Virus record (IMG/VR): IMGVR_UViG_3300025801_000025 | Span: 1 to 58,930 of that record | DNA length: 58,930 nt | DNA from: a virus | Taxonomy: Duplodnaviria; Caudoviricetes | Strand: one strand, 5' to 3' | Part shown: positions 30,918 through 40,627 of the stretch, piece after piece | How positions within the stretch are numbered: the first letter of the stretch is position 1 | Layout: every line of letters begins with the position of its first letter | Notes under the pieces: model-generated | Told to the model about the DNA's origin: nothing | The model's input: the letters and a program-made list of their open reading frames with translations, nothing else | The model's database searches: none | Program-made: the position numbers and the translations under genes

Positions 30918-31061
30918 CTAGGGTAGTTTAATCTGTTTGTGCCCCGATTTCTGCCGATCAGGTGGTGTTGTCAATGCCCTTTCTTTGTCCCACCCGTGGG
31001 ATAGTCTCCAATAATAGGTTGAACGCGGTAGGTTACGCTCTTTTAATTGTTTTGTAATCAC
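30918..31061 (-). CDS. 47-aa protein resembling the DNA-binding tail of phage HNH endonucleases
   Basis: GTGA overlap with thyX stop; RLSHGWDKERALTTP; not in the ORF track. Confidence 0.5.
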   Translation of the reverse strand: MITKQLKERNLPRSTYYWRLSHGWDKERALTTPPDRQKSGHKQIKLP

Positions 31062-31768
31062 TTTTTCCTCTGGTATTTGTTATACAACCCCATTAACTCT
31101 GGCAGAGTTTTGCTTAGCTCCGCATGAATAGCATTAGCATACTGTTGTGCTTCCCATTGAGCATGAGAATGTTGACGTAGGGAGAGGAAGTGCATTAGAT
31201 TATGCAAATCTTGCTTCCAAAGCCAGTGGGTGTAGTGGTTTACATGTAGAAATAAGCGAGCTAATTCTGGGGCGATACCTCTTTTAATCGCTGATTCATA
31301 TAATGTATACCCTTCCGCGCATTTTCTATTTAGCTCTGCACAGAACCAGTTGGACTCTAGATGCTGAGTTGTAGACCGCCCTTGTTTATTCGAGGAACTC
31401 TTAGTAGTTACATCGGTTAGTTTAGGTATATACCACTCTTCGGTTAGCATAGTATATCGAGCACTAACCTCATTAATGCTTGCTGTACGATGACGAACAA
31501 ACTGTCGTGCCACAAAAATCGGCATCTTCATCTCTATCCATACTTCAATCATTTCGATTGGAGTAGTGTGACCATTCTTTATTAGGTATTCTGCTAGTTT
31601 TATATCTTCTTCTCGGGTGCGGCCAGAATCCATTTGGTGGAAGGACATCCTTGCTGAGTTGGCTGGATCAGTGTCATCTGCATCGAACGTAGCAGATACC
31701 CTTCTAGTTGGGCCACTGATGTTTCGGATTTTTATAAATCCATGGTCTAAAACCTTGATTTTGTTCAT
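31058..31768 (-). CDS. thyX: FAD-dependent thymidylate synthase
   Basis: RQFVRHR...NEVSARY ThyX signature. Confidence 0.95.
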   Translation of the reverse strand: MNKIKVLDHGFIKIRNISGPTRRVSATFDADDTDPANSARMSFHQMDSGRTREEDIKLAEYLIKNGHTTPIEMIEVWIEMKMPIFVARQFVRHRTASINEVSARYTMLTEEWYIPKLTDVTTKSSSNKQGRSTTQHLESNWFCAELNRKCAEGYTLYESAIKRGIAPELARLFLHVNHYTHWLWKQDLHNLMHFLSLRQHSHAQWEAQQYANAIHAELSKTLPELMGLYNKYQRKK

Positions 31769-31908
31769 TCATCAAACTCCTTAAAAAGCATGTCTCGTTT
31801 TTGACCCCTCTTGGGTGATAAGACACTTCTCTTTTTAACCTTACGGGTCTTAAATGTGTACTTCCTCTTAGCGTGTTTATCTTTGTGGTACTCCTTTGAC
31901 TTACTCAC
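31765..31908 (-). CDS. 47-aa highly basic hypothetical protein
   Basis: GTG start within the RNR end; ATGA overlap with thyX; MSKSKEYHKDKHAKRK... Confidence 0.45.
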   Translation of the reverse strand: MSKSKEYHKDKHAKRKYTFKTRKVKKRSVLSPKRGQKRDMLFKEFDE

Positions 31909-34639
31909 AACTTCTTTCTCCGGTTTCTGGGTCATAGGTACAAGCAGCGTTTGGCTCGTCAGAGCTAGTTAATACTGCTCCTCGTTCAGAATTAATTCGA
32001 TATGTAGTACACCCTTTGCAACCCCCTTTCCAGGCACGTAAGTAGATGTTTTTAAAGTCCTCCCAAGATGTTGTCTCAGGAACATTTAAAGTTTTTGACA
32101 CTGCTGAGTCTACGTATTTTTGGGCAGTGATTAGTACATTTAGGTGCTCGTCTAAGGATACATCGGACGTGCGCTTACCTTTTACACCCAGCTCTCGCAT
32201 ACCATAATCAGTGATCTGATCTATACGCGGGCCATCAAAAGTAATGGTAGTTCTATCCATAGAGTATGAAAATACTGGTTCAATGCCAGAGGAAACATTA
32301 TTAGCAGTTAAGCTGATGGTTCCAGTAGGAGCAATACTTGTCAGATGAGAGTTTCGTATTCCGTCTCTAACTATGAGATTGGTGTCACTTTCCATAAGTT
32401 TATGGACAAATCCGTTTTGCCCATACAATTCTTTGTTGAATACAGGAAAAGCACCTTTTTCGTAGGCTAAAAGTACAGATGCTCTATATGCTTCGGATGC
32501 TAATTTATATAGTATTTTTTCCTGCATCTGTGTAAAAGCAGGTGTACCGTAAGGATAGCCGCATGCTTCAACAGCGTTGGCTAGGCCAGTAATTCCCAGT
32601 CCCATCCGCCTCTTTGCTTTAGCTTCTATTTCTTGTTCTCTTAGGGGATATCGAGCTAAGTCGATTACATTGTCCATTGCTCGCACTACTACGGGAATAT
32701 CTTCTGCTAGCTGGTCTAATTCGATATGGTAGCCATCTGTGCTTTTGATGAGGTATTTTACCAAGTTAAAGGAGCCTAGGAGGCATGCACCAAAAGGCGG
32801 TAAGGGTTGTTCACCACACTGACCAGTTAACACTCCAATACCTATTTGTAAAGTGTGAGTAGTTGGCACCGTGCAACAATAGACTTCTTCAGCTACTCCA
32901 ATCTCAGAGAGTGCTACTACCTTTCCCATCTTCGGTTTTACATTGTACGTTACATGCTTATTCTTAAAAGATTGTAACCGCTCAAATTCTACTTGTCGTG
33001 ATAGCTTTATAGAGTTGGCTTGTGAGATCGTTAATCTCCAACAATCTTGGGTTTCACAAGTTTCACCGGTAATATCTTGTTTTCCTCCTGATTTCATCAA
33101 CCCAACTTTGGATAATATTCCAAATGTTTTTAACAGCGTTTGAATGTCGAGAAGCAATTTTTTACTTATTGATGATACTTGGTAGCCATAACAATTAACA
33201 GTATGGACTGTTGTTCCATCAGCATCGAAGTAGCCTGCAAGAAAGTCTAATTTGCTTTTTGCACTCCAAGAAAAGACCTCTGAGGGCAGACCATTCTGAC
33301 GAGCAGCTAACCACGGAAGTAAATGATGTTTTCTAGGAGCAAGACCAGCTAAAGTCTCCCATTCAAGTCCTCCAATAAATTCTTGATTCCAAGATAGTGT
33401 AGTTACCACATTTGTTTTAACAATCCCAATAGAGAGTTCTTCTATTGAAGAAACTATTCTGTTCTTGCAAACTTCTTTGCCCTCATAAATGGCAAGCCAA
33501 GCTCGTCCTGGACGCGGTTCACTTCCGTCACCAAGAAAAAATCCTTTAGCATAGGCTCCCGGTTCTTCGTGAGTGCCGTGAGATTCGACTATAGAAAGTT
33601 TTAGTTTGCTTCCTATGGAGAGAGCCCTAGCTTCTACCTTTGACCCATCCTCAAGAATCATCTTGTGATATGGAGTTACTTTAAGTAGTGAGCCATCTTG
33701 AAGTTCTATGCTTATAAGCTTCTCATTTCTGCCCGTTACTCTGAAGTTATCTACTGTAGTCCAGCGTTCTCCATCCCATAGAGTTACTTCTTTTCCTACT
33801 AGCGATTTTATTAGAAATAAACCTTTATTGGTAGTTATTAGTGTATCAGGTGCAAAGCACGGGTTTGTTGCGGCGATAGACTCCAAATACCAAAGATTAT
33901 TAGCATTGTTTATGGCATCGATGAAGAGTATCCCTGGCTCTGCCCAGTCCCAAGTAGAGCGCATAATCATTTCCCATAGAGCAGTAGCCTTTACTGTCTT
34001 ATAAACTTCGTTGTTCCAGCGAAGATTAAAGTCGGAGCCAGACTCTACTGCCCTCATAAATTCATCTGTAACAGCTACAGAGACGTTAAATCCTGTTAGC
34101 TTGTGAGTGTTTTGTTTGGCAAAAACAAACTCTTCAATGTCTGGATGGTCTATGCGAAGCACTCCCATTTGAGCACCGCGTCTATGGCCCGAACTAGCTA
34201 CACATAAACATATCGCATTAAAGATATCCATAAAGGATACTGGGCCAGATGACTGGGACTGGAGTTTTCTGACTAGTGCCCCTCTAGGGCGTAGTGTGCT
34301 GAAATCGTATCCTATTCCTCCTCCCATCCGCATAGTGGCGGCTGCTTCTGTAGCTCGCTGCATAATACTACCACTTCCTTCCACAAAAGAATCATCAATA
34401 GTTCCACTGACATAACAATTATAAGGAGTGATTGAACGAGTGCTGCCGACTGCCGATTGTATACGGCCGCCAGGAAGGAAACGCATATCTAAAAGGATAT
34501 CTCTTAGGTTTTTCCAATGCGTATCGTCGTCTTTAAGGGCCGTGGCTATTCTATTCATTGCCTCCCGAAAGGATTCGTTGGGGGCACGATACTTTTGGGC
34601 GTGGATATATTGTGCATAGGGTAAAGTTGGTCCTGACAT
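31901..34639 (-). CDS. nrdJ: Class II (B12-dependent) ribonucleotide reductase with intein
   Basis: NCYV, GGGIGYDFS.LRP, RRGAQM, TNP|CGEQPL, APTGTIS; no small subunit gene. Confidence 0.9.
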   Translation of the reverse strand: MSGPTLPYAQYIHAQKYRAPNESFREAMNRIATALKDDDTHWKNLRDILLDMRFLPGGRIQSAVGSTRSITPYNCYVSGTIDDSFVEGSGSIMQRATEAAATMRMGGGIGYDFSTLRPRGALVRKLQSQSSGPVSFMDIFNAICLCVASSGHRRGAQMGVLRIDHPDIEEFVFAKQNTHKLTGFNVSVAVTDEFMRAVESGSDFNLRWNNEVYKTVKATALWEMIMRSTWDWAEPGILFIDAINNANNLWYLESIAATNPCFAPDTLITTNKGLFLIKSLVGKEVTLWDGERWTTVDNFRVTGRNEKLISIELQDGSLLKVTPYHKMILEDGSKVEARALSIGSKLKLSIVESHGTHEEPGAYAKGFFLGDGSEPRPGRAWLAIYEGKEVCKNRIVSSIEELSIGIVKTNVVTTLSWNQEFIGGLEWETLAGLAPRKHHLLPWLAARQNGLPSEVFSWSAKSKLDFLAGYFDADGTTVHTVNCYGYQVSSISKKLLLDIQTLLKTFGILSKVGLMKSGGKQDITGETCETQDCWRLTISQANSIKLSRQVEFERLQSFKNKHVTYNVKPKMGKVVALSEIGVAEEVYCCTVPTTHTLQIGIGVLTGQCGEQPLPPFGACLLGSFNLVKYLIKSTDGYHIELDQLAEDIPVVVRAMDNVIDLARYPLREQEIEAKAKRRMGLGITGLANAVEACGYPYGTPAFTQMQEKILYKLASEAYRASVLLAYEKGAFPVFNKELYGQNGFVHKLMESDTNLIVRDGIRNSHLTSIAPTGTISLTANNVSSGIEPVFSYSMDRTTITFDGPRIDQITDYGMRELGVKGKRTSDVSLDEHLNVLITAQKYVDSAVSKTLNVPETTSWEDFKNIYLRAWKGGCKGCTTYRINSERGAVLTSSDEPNAACTYDPETGERSCE
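32819..33859 (-). mobile_element. Intein (347 aa) with LAGLIDADG endonuclease in RNR
   Basis: NP|CFAPDT...VLTGQ|CGEQ; GFFLGDG and LAGYFDADG motifs. Confidence 0.92.
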
Positions 34640-34641
34640 GT

Positions 34642-35085
34642 TTAGTTCTCCGACAAGTAATGAATAGATATGTGGGTTAAAAGTTCAATGTACGCTGCTG
34701 AATACAGATTCCAACGGTCACTAAATTCTTTTGTTGGTTTTAATGTTACAACCTTTGATACTTTTGATTGGACTAAAGTTGCCAGACACTGTGGACATGG
34801 AGGTACGGGATATGTATAGCATGTGTATCCTGTTAAGTCTCGTGCCGCGGTAAGGATTGCATTAAGTTCAGCGTGGATAGTTAATGGGAGTTTAATCTCG
34901 CGAGAGGATAAGTATTCTTGACGGTCAGGAACAGAAGCTGGGAAACCATTATACCCAGGAATTAGGACTCGTCTGTTGGGGGATACTAGGAGTGCTCCTA
35001 CTTTTGTTGATGGATCTTTAGACCATGTTGAGATTTCTTTGGCTACAGCCAGAAAGCGATGATGCCATTTATCAGCAGAAGTCAT
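34642..35085 (-). CDS. dCMP deaminase
   Basis: SKDPSTKVGA, HAELNA, PCPQC. Confidence 0.92.
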   Translation of the reverse strand: MTSADKWHHRFLAVAKEISTWSKDPSTKVGALLVSPNRRVLIPGYNGFPASVPDRQEYLSSREIKLPLTIHAELNAILTAARDLTGYTCYTYPVPPCPQCLATLVQSKVSKVVTLKPTKEFSDRWNLYSAAYIELLTHISIHYLSEN

Positions 35086-36305
35086 GTCTTTCTCACTAAA
35101 TATGTACGTGGTCGCTTCTCAATGGGTGGGTCAAAACTAGTATCTTTCTCAATTTCCAATAGGCCTCCTTTTAGACAATCTATAATTAGTCTATCTACCT
35201 CTACTATGTTTCGCGTCCGAGCTAATTCTCTTGTAAGATCGCGATGTTTTATCTTTTTCTTATTAGCTAAGAAGGAATCTATTTGTTCGAAGACTTCTAT
35301 ATAGCCTCTAGAAGAGATTACGTTTTCAAATAAGCGTGGAAGCTCTTTTTCGTAACCGGTCAAGAAGTCATAGGCTCTATCCAGATGCCGCATTTCAACA
35401 ATCTTGTTGCTCCGCTCAGAGGCGGCGCAGATCATACAAAGTTTTTGCAGATGCAAAGGGCGACGGCCATTGTAGTTTTTCCATTTTCTACCTTTAACCC
35501 AATCGGGGCGATCCAATGCAAACTCGTTTAGATATCTTTTAACTTCTCTAGTCGGCTCGAACGGGCCGGTTATAAGGCTTACGTCGTGTAGGTCTACTAC
35601 TAGCTTTTGGTAAATAGCAGATACGTCTCGTGGTTCATCTGTAAATAATACTCCTCTAGTTTCATGAAAGCATTGAATAAACATTATCCTAGAGGTGAGT
35701 CCCATCCCGAAGGACTTTTCTGGCAGAACATCGAACAAAGTGTCTGGTTGGTTGCCCAGTAGTAGGCATGCGTGGGGGTTGTTTATTTTTATATCTCTAC
35801 CTCTTATAGTATCACGTAGAATAGGATTACAATTGTATAGCTCATTCCATACCCCTACAAGTAGAGGATTATAGTCTACCATAGTGGTAGAGAGTTCGGG
35901 AATATGGAAGGTTACTGAGTTAAATACGTGAGGTTTTCTGTTGTAGGTAAAGTTTTGGGTTGCATTCCCCTCGGGACCTAACATATCATAGATACCTTTA
36001 GGAGATATTGACTGAGCACCAAGGGTGATTATTCTACGGGGTTCTGCTAGTTTTTGAGCTTCGATTAGGAGGTTTGTTCCAAACCCTATTGAGACATCTT
36101 TTCCTGATGCCGGCTCTCCAACCAGTAGTATGTAAAGATTGGGATATGCTGGAGGAAGCCCTACATCATTTGGCATCCAACACCGGCGGGCTAATAGGGA
36201 AGAGATTACTGATATGATTGTCCAAAGCTTGAAGTTGTCAGGAGCTAGAAGGCCAGACATTAAGTCTAGTGCTGTGTCGATAATGTCATTGGTTTCACGG
36301 GGCAT
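35082..36305 (-). CDS. P-loop NTPase (DUF3987-like), putative replicative helicase
   Basis: NLYILLVGEPASGKD, GLTSRIMF; directly downstream of the polymerase. Confidence 0.7.
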   Translation of the reverse strand: MPRETNDIIDTALDLMSGLLAPDNFKLWTIISVISSLLARRCWMPNDVGLPPAYPNLYILLVGEPASGKDVSIGFGTNLLIEAQKLAEPRRIITLGAQSISPKGIYDMLGPEGNATQNFTYNRKPHVFNSVTFHIPELSTTMVDYNPLLVGVWNELYNCNPILRDTIRGRDIKINNPHACLLLGNQPDTLFDVLPEKSFGMGLTSRIMFIQCFHETRGVLFTDEPRDVSAIYQKLVVDLHDVSLITGPFEPTREVKRYLNEFALDRPDWVKGRKWKNYNGRRPLHLQKLCMICAASERSNKIVEMRHLDRAYDFLTGYEKELPRLFENVISSRGYIEVFEQIDSFLANKKKIKHRDLTRELARTRNIVEVDRLIIDCLKGGLLEIEKDTSFDPPIEKRPRTYLVRKT

Positions 36306-36319
36306 TTTAATTACTTTCT

Positions 36320-39022
36320 TCAGACAAGTGATAGCATTGATAAGACTGAATTTGTATTAGGAATCCTAATCCTAGATTCTTTCTCTGGCCACTTGGTAAG
36401 TCCGTTAGGGTTATTTTCATTTGCGTGCCCTAGATTCCACCCTATTTGTGCTTCTACTGGGACATACCAATCTCGCTGAGAGCCATTAGGAGCGGTGAGA
36501 GTATAATGCTGTTCCATTATAGTTCTTAGTTTTGGGAGAACTGTTTCCTGATCTGTCTCCAAGAATCGTACTCCTATCTCATCGTGTTTTTGGAGGAACA
36601 AGGTTGCAGGGATAGTTTTTTTAAGGATTGATTTGTGGAGTTGGATCAAGGCCGAGTTAGTGTAGTCGGCGGCAGGGGATTGACCGTCGTGAGCGATTGC
36701 TTCTCGGATAGTAGCATCTTCTGATGGTCGTCCTAGAAATCTTCGTACTCGCCCGAAGATAGTAGAGAATTCTTGATGGACTTGGACTTGTTCTATAATC
36801 CAGTTGTGCCATTGACGAATTTCAGGGAATACTGAGAAGTATACATCTTGATAGTGTTGGACGAGACCAAGGTCGATATGGGACTGTTTAGACATGTTAG
36901 GGGGCTTGCCCCAGTAATTACTATTTCCACTTATCCAAATTTTGCCGTTGCGGCGTGTGTAGAAAGCCTGGGTTGGCACTGTTGGGCAATAGATTTGTCG
37001 GGTCTCATAATGAACATCATCTACAGTAAAACTGCTTCTAGAAGCTAGTGATCTATTGTTTACTTGTAAACAATAAACAGCAGAACCAAAGCCGCTTATT
37101 CTAGGTTTCTGAATGTTTCCTCCATGACCTAGTAACCTATTAAAAGTTTGCCACTTATTTAACCAATCTAACTTGACAGAAGAAAGTGTTGTGTATGCTT
37201 TGGCTTGATGTCCATCCCAGTATTTTAACTCATCCATGTAAGCCGACAATGACTTTTTATCCCAAGTGAGCATACTCCAATCTGGTTCATGTATTTTTGG
37301 GACCCACTTGAGGACTACTTTTGTTGGATCGGCCCTTGGAGCTTCTTCAATTCCTACCTCAGCAGCAAGTTCGTAAATTCTTTTTATCTTTCTCTCTTTG
37401 TAAAAATGGAACTCTGTTTGATTGTAACCCGGCCAGTGGCCATCACAATGATAAGCTGCAAGTAATCTAGCCAAAGGCTCATGATGTAGTCCACCTCTAT
37501 AAGGAAAATTTAGAGGTATTTTGGCAGATTTTGGAATCTCTAGTGCTGGCTTGATTTTGATACCACTTGAGTCTATTTCATAATATACCCTATGGTCACC
37601 TGTCATTAGCGCAGATATACTTTGTCCTTCCCAATGGACAAATTTTCCACAATACAATTTGTCTATCCAATTAGATACCCTAACGAAGGTGCCATCTGAT
37701 TGCATGATTACTTGGGGCTTATTACAAATAGGCTCCCATCCAGTAGGTGTTAACACTTCATGATCTTCAGTTAGACAACCGTGCCCGAGAGTTTTACTAC
37801 AATCTCTCCTACTTTTTCCTCGGTATGCCTCCTGGTTTGCAAGCTTTTTAGCAGCTACGATCATGTCCTTCGGAAATGGGCCATGTTTAATTGTCCATTC
37901 TACTGTGAAATCCTCGGGCCATGGAAGACTTTCCCATACCATAGAGCAGGCAAGAGAATGGAGATCGCCGCACGAAGATGCGGCAAGATACCTTACTGCT
38001 CCGAATTGTAGAAAACATCGTGCCGCCACCATCCTAGACTCTATCTGTTCATAGTCGGGAGTCGCCATCTTCCAGCCAGGTGGACAAGTAAAGATCACTC
38101 TTAGTTTGGGTGTGACGTTTTGTGCATTCCATCCTAGTCCCCCAAAATTAGACTTCTTCGAACTTAACCTCCCTGTTTCCGTTACCGCTCCGAATGAGGA
38201 GTAGAACTTACCTTTTTCTAGTTTGCAGTTTAGGAATTGAAGAGTCTTAGTTAGGTCTGCATGGTGCATACAAAGGTTAAGGAATGGGAGTGCCCAGTAA
38301 GCGGCGGTTGATTGATCGTTGCTAGCACGCTTCGCTAGTTTTTCTAAACAGTCCCTATCTGTTCCAGGAGTATATTCTCCGTTAGTTGATCGCGTTTTTA
38401 TCTCAACTAACCCCTTAGTCCTACCCCATGGAGGGGGATTGTTAGGGTATGAAATTCGACTTACCTCATTAGTGTCTACTCCAAAAAAGTGGTAGAAGAG
38501 TCGGGTTTTTTGTTGGGAAGATGTGGGGTTAAATGGTTTGTCGAATTCTTTGATGGCTTTTTGGAATTGCTTTGTAGCTCCTTCGCTTGAAAGGATCTTC
38601 CAATTGCGTCGCGTTGAGATAGGGAGAGCCAGCCATTCAGTCCATGAAGAGGGGATAGCTTCTATGTCTTCATAGACCACTGAAGCATAACTAGCTCTAG
38701 CAATAGTCTTATAATAATCATAATATCCTATCGCCTCCGCAAGTTGGTGGATATAATTTCCTATTTTAGCCTGTTCTTGCTCATGTTCAGAGATTAGTTC
38801 TTGCCGTTTGAAGGTATCTACATGGATGCTGTTAAAGGCCATTTCGATAAGGGGAGATTGAAGGTCCATCTCAAAGTTGTAAGTGCAGAGGTGGGCAGAA
38901 GACATTTCTGCAAGGATTGCTGATCTAATCTCGAATAGTGTAAGAACATCCATACCATTGTATAGGGCGAGTTGTCCCATGCGGTCTTTTGGGAGGGGGG
39001 AAGAAGTTTTTATTATACGCAC
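36320..39022 (-). CDS. polA: Family A DNA polymerase (ExoIII plus polymerase part) with intein
   Basis: YNGMDV, TETGRLSS, DYEQIESR, KTLGHG|SNYWG, QKHDEI. Confidence 0.92.
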   Translation of the reverse strand: MRIIKTSSPLPKDRMGQLALYNGMDVLTLFEIRSAILAEMSSAHLCTYNFEMDLQSPLIEMAFNSIHVDTFKRQELISEHEQEQAKIGNYIHQLAEAIGYYDYYKTIARASYASVVYEDIEAIPSSWTEWLALPISTRRNWKILSSEGATKQFQKAIKEFDKPFNPTSSQQKTRLFYHFFGVDTNEVSRISYPNNPPPWGRTKGLVEIKTRSTNGEYTPGTDRDCLEKLAKRASNDQSTAAYWALPFLNLCMHHADLTKTLQFLNCKLEKGKFYSSFGAVTETGRLSSKKSNFGGLGWNAQNVTPKLRVIFTCPPGWKMATPDYEQIESRMVAARCFLQFGAVRYLAASSCGDLHSLACSMVWESLPWPEDFTVEWTIKHGPFPKDMIVAAKKLANQEAYRGKSRRDCSKTLGHGCLTEDHEVLTPTGWEPICNKPQVIMQSDGTFVRVSNWIDKLYCGKFVHWEGQSISALMTGDHRVYYEIDSSGIKIKPALEIPKSAKIPLNFPYRGGLHHEPLARLLAAYHCDGHWPGYNQTEFHFYKERKIKRIYELAAEVGIEEAPRADPTKVVLKWVPKIHEPDWSMLTWDKKSLSAYMDELKYWDGHQAKAYTTLSSVKLDWLNKWQTFNRLLGHGGNIQKPRISGFGSAVYCLQVNNRSLASRSSFTVDDVHYETRQIYCPTVPTQAFYTRRNGKIWISGNSNYWGKPPNMSKQSHIDLGLVQHYQDVYFSVFPEIRQWHNWIIEQVQVHQEFSTIFGRVRRFLGRPSEDATIREAIAHDGQSPAADYTNSALIQLHKSILKKTIPATLFLQKHDEIGVRFLETDQETVLPKLRTIMEQHYTLTAPNGSQRDWYVPVEAQIGWNLGHANENNPNGLTKWPEKESRIRIPNTNSVLSMLSLV
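36923..37777 (-). mobile_element. Intein (285 aa) in polymerase motif B, degenerate LAGLIDADG
   Basis: HG|CLTEDHEVLTPTGW...IWISGN|SNY; TGDHR block B. Confidence 0.9.
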
Positions 39023-39023
39023 G

Positions 39024-39329
39024 CTATGTATACTCCACCTTCTTAACGCCCCATGCTTTAATTGCTAGCAAGCAGCCTTGGCATGGTTTGGCACATACAG
39101 GTTCGCCGTTGGCGTTGAAGCGTTCTATTACTATTTTATGTACTGGTTCGGGGCTTGCTAGGAGAGCTGCTAGTTCGGCATGTAGGTATTGCCGTGCCGG
39201 TTGGCCTGCTAGTGTTGCAAAATGTTTTTGAAGTGGGTGGGTTTTAGTATAGCTGTTGGCTCTGGATGCTAGAAGCCGCCCTCGTCGGGAGTAAGTGTGG
39301 GCGGTAACTATTGGTTTGTTTTTAGACAA
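39024..39329 (-). CDS. Minimal zinc-dependent cytidine deaminase-fold protein
   Basis: HAELAAL...KPCQGC. Confidence 0.8.
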   Translation of the reverse strand: MSKNKPIVTAHTYSRRGRLLASRANSYTKTHPLQKHFATLAGQPARQYLHAELAALLASPEPVHKIVIERFNANGEPVCAKPCQGCLLAIKAWGVKKVEYT

Positions 39330-39332
39330 CGT

Positions 39333-39530
39333 TTAGTGTCCTCTCATACTCTTAACCTGCCAATCAGGACGCCATACTCCAGCGATTAGAATAAATAGTT
39401 CTCCACAATGCTCACACCAAGATTTATCTCCTTCTTTTGGAGACTCATATTCATGACCAATTGACTTTAGGCAGCAGTGCCATACTCCAGCAGCGATTAC
39501 TGGATATTGAGTGTGTATTGATTTAGCCAA
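39333..39530 (-). CDS. Small Cys-rich hypothetical protein
   Basis: HCC...CEHC; GAG RBS. Confidence 0.55.
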   Translation of the reverse strand: MAKSIHTQYPVIAAGVWHCCLKSIGHEYESPKEGDKSWCEHCGELFILIAGVWRPDWQVKSMRGH

Positions 39531-39541
39531 GACCTTTCTCC

Positions 39542-40627
39542 TCAGTCATTGTCTTTCACCGTATCTTTGCGTATACCTTTCCAGGACCGTTCATCTAAAA
39601 ACGCTGCACCTAAGTCGTACAACTTCTTGCTGAATTCCGGCATCCAAGCATGTGCCATAGTCATAGTGTCGTCTTGGATATTTCGTACTACTATGCCCAG
39701 TTCTCGGGCAAGCCAAAAGGTATCGTATTGAATACAGTTTTGGCCTAGCTTGGGGATATCGGATTCGCAAACATACTTTACAAACTTCCATGCTTCTGTT
39801 TCTGTTTTAGCATCTGGCCACCATTGTTCATAAACTTTTTGCTTACCTTTGTAAGTCTCAATACAAAATGGGATATGAAGGGCGTGTGTAGGGTCAGATG
39901 CAAAACCGACTTCGGAGATTTGCTGCTGGCGTAGAGTTTCTATATCAAAGCTAAGCATCTCTGCATGTTGGCCATAGGTCCTCCACCAGAGCCAGAGATC
40001 ATCTATAGTCGGTTCAGTCCAGATCTCTCGTTCAACTAATTTAACCTCATGGAGTAAAGATTCCTTCTTTGCTTTTACTAAGTCTAGGAGTGTCGTAATT
40101 CGTAAGTTCCATTTACGGAGTACCGCGGCAGGGTGATAGGTTGGGAGGACTTTTCCAAAAGGAGTTTCATGGATAAACCCTCTGACTTTATTAATGGATG
40201 ATCCTAACTTTAATGCCCATACTGCTGTAGCTCCTAACGCAACTATTACATTAGGCTGTAGGTCTTGCAAAGATGTATAGAGAGTATGTATATGGTGTGC
40301 TTTGGAACTTAGAACATACTTAATAGAAGAGCCAAACTTCCTAGAAGGAAGCGAATAATCTACGTCATCGTGACGACCACCGTAGAATACTTCTACATTG
40401 TTTTCTTCCGGACGCTCATTGAATACGTTAAGTAGAGGGTATGGAAAGCTCTCCCAATTAAGCACCATTGTGTTTGCGGAGATGCTGTTATAGGAAAGGC
40501 GTTGGCAGGGGTATCCAGCCTCTGCTAACATTCGCATTAGCTCTTGTCCTGCAGGTCCGACAAATGGGTGTTGGTGCAGGGATTCATGTTCTCCCCACGC
40601 TTCGCCAACGAATACTATGTCAGTCAT
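39542..40627 (-). CDS. Uracil-DNA glycosylase (family 4-like) fused to partial 3'-5' exonuclease
   Basis: VGEAWG, PFVGPAG, ALGATA, TYHPAAVLR; then FDIET (ExoI), GQN..YD (ExoII), DTM. Confidence 0.88.
   Translation of the reverse strand: MTDIVFVGEAWGEHESLHQHPFVGPAGQELMRMLAEAGYPCQRLSYNSISANTMVLNWESFPYPLLNVFNERPEENNVEVFYGGRHDDVDYSLPSRKFGSSIKYVLSSKAHHIHTLYTSLQDLQPNVIVALGATAVWALKLGSSINKVRGFIHETPFGKVLPTYHPAAVLRKWNLRITTLLDLVKAKKESLLHEVKLVEREIWTEPTIDDLWLWWRTYGQHAEMLSFDIETLRQQQISEVGFASDPTHALHIPFCIETYKGKQKVYEQWWPDAKTETEAWKFVKYVCESDIPKLGQNCIQYDTFWLARELGIVVRNIQDDTMTMAHAWMPEFSKKLYDLGAAFLDERSWKGIRKDTVKDND

Noticed and set aside
39024-39541. Group I intron or split intein joining the polymerase halves
   Set aside because: The interval is filled by two ORFs with no intron core or intein termini visible.
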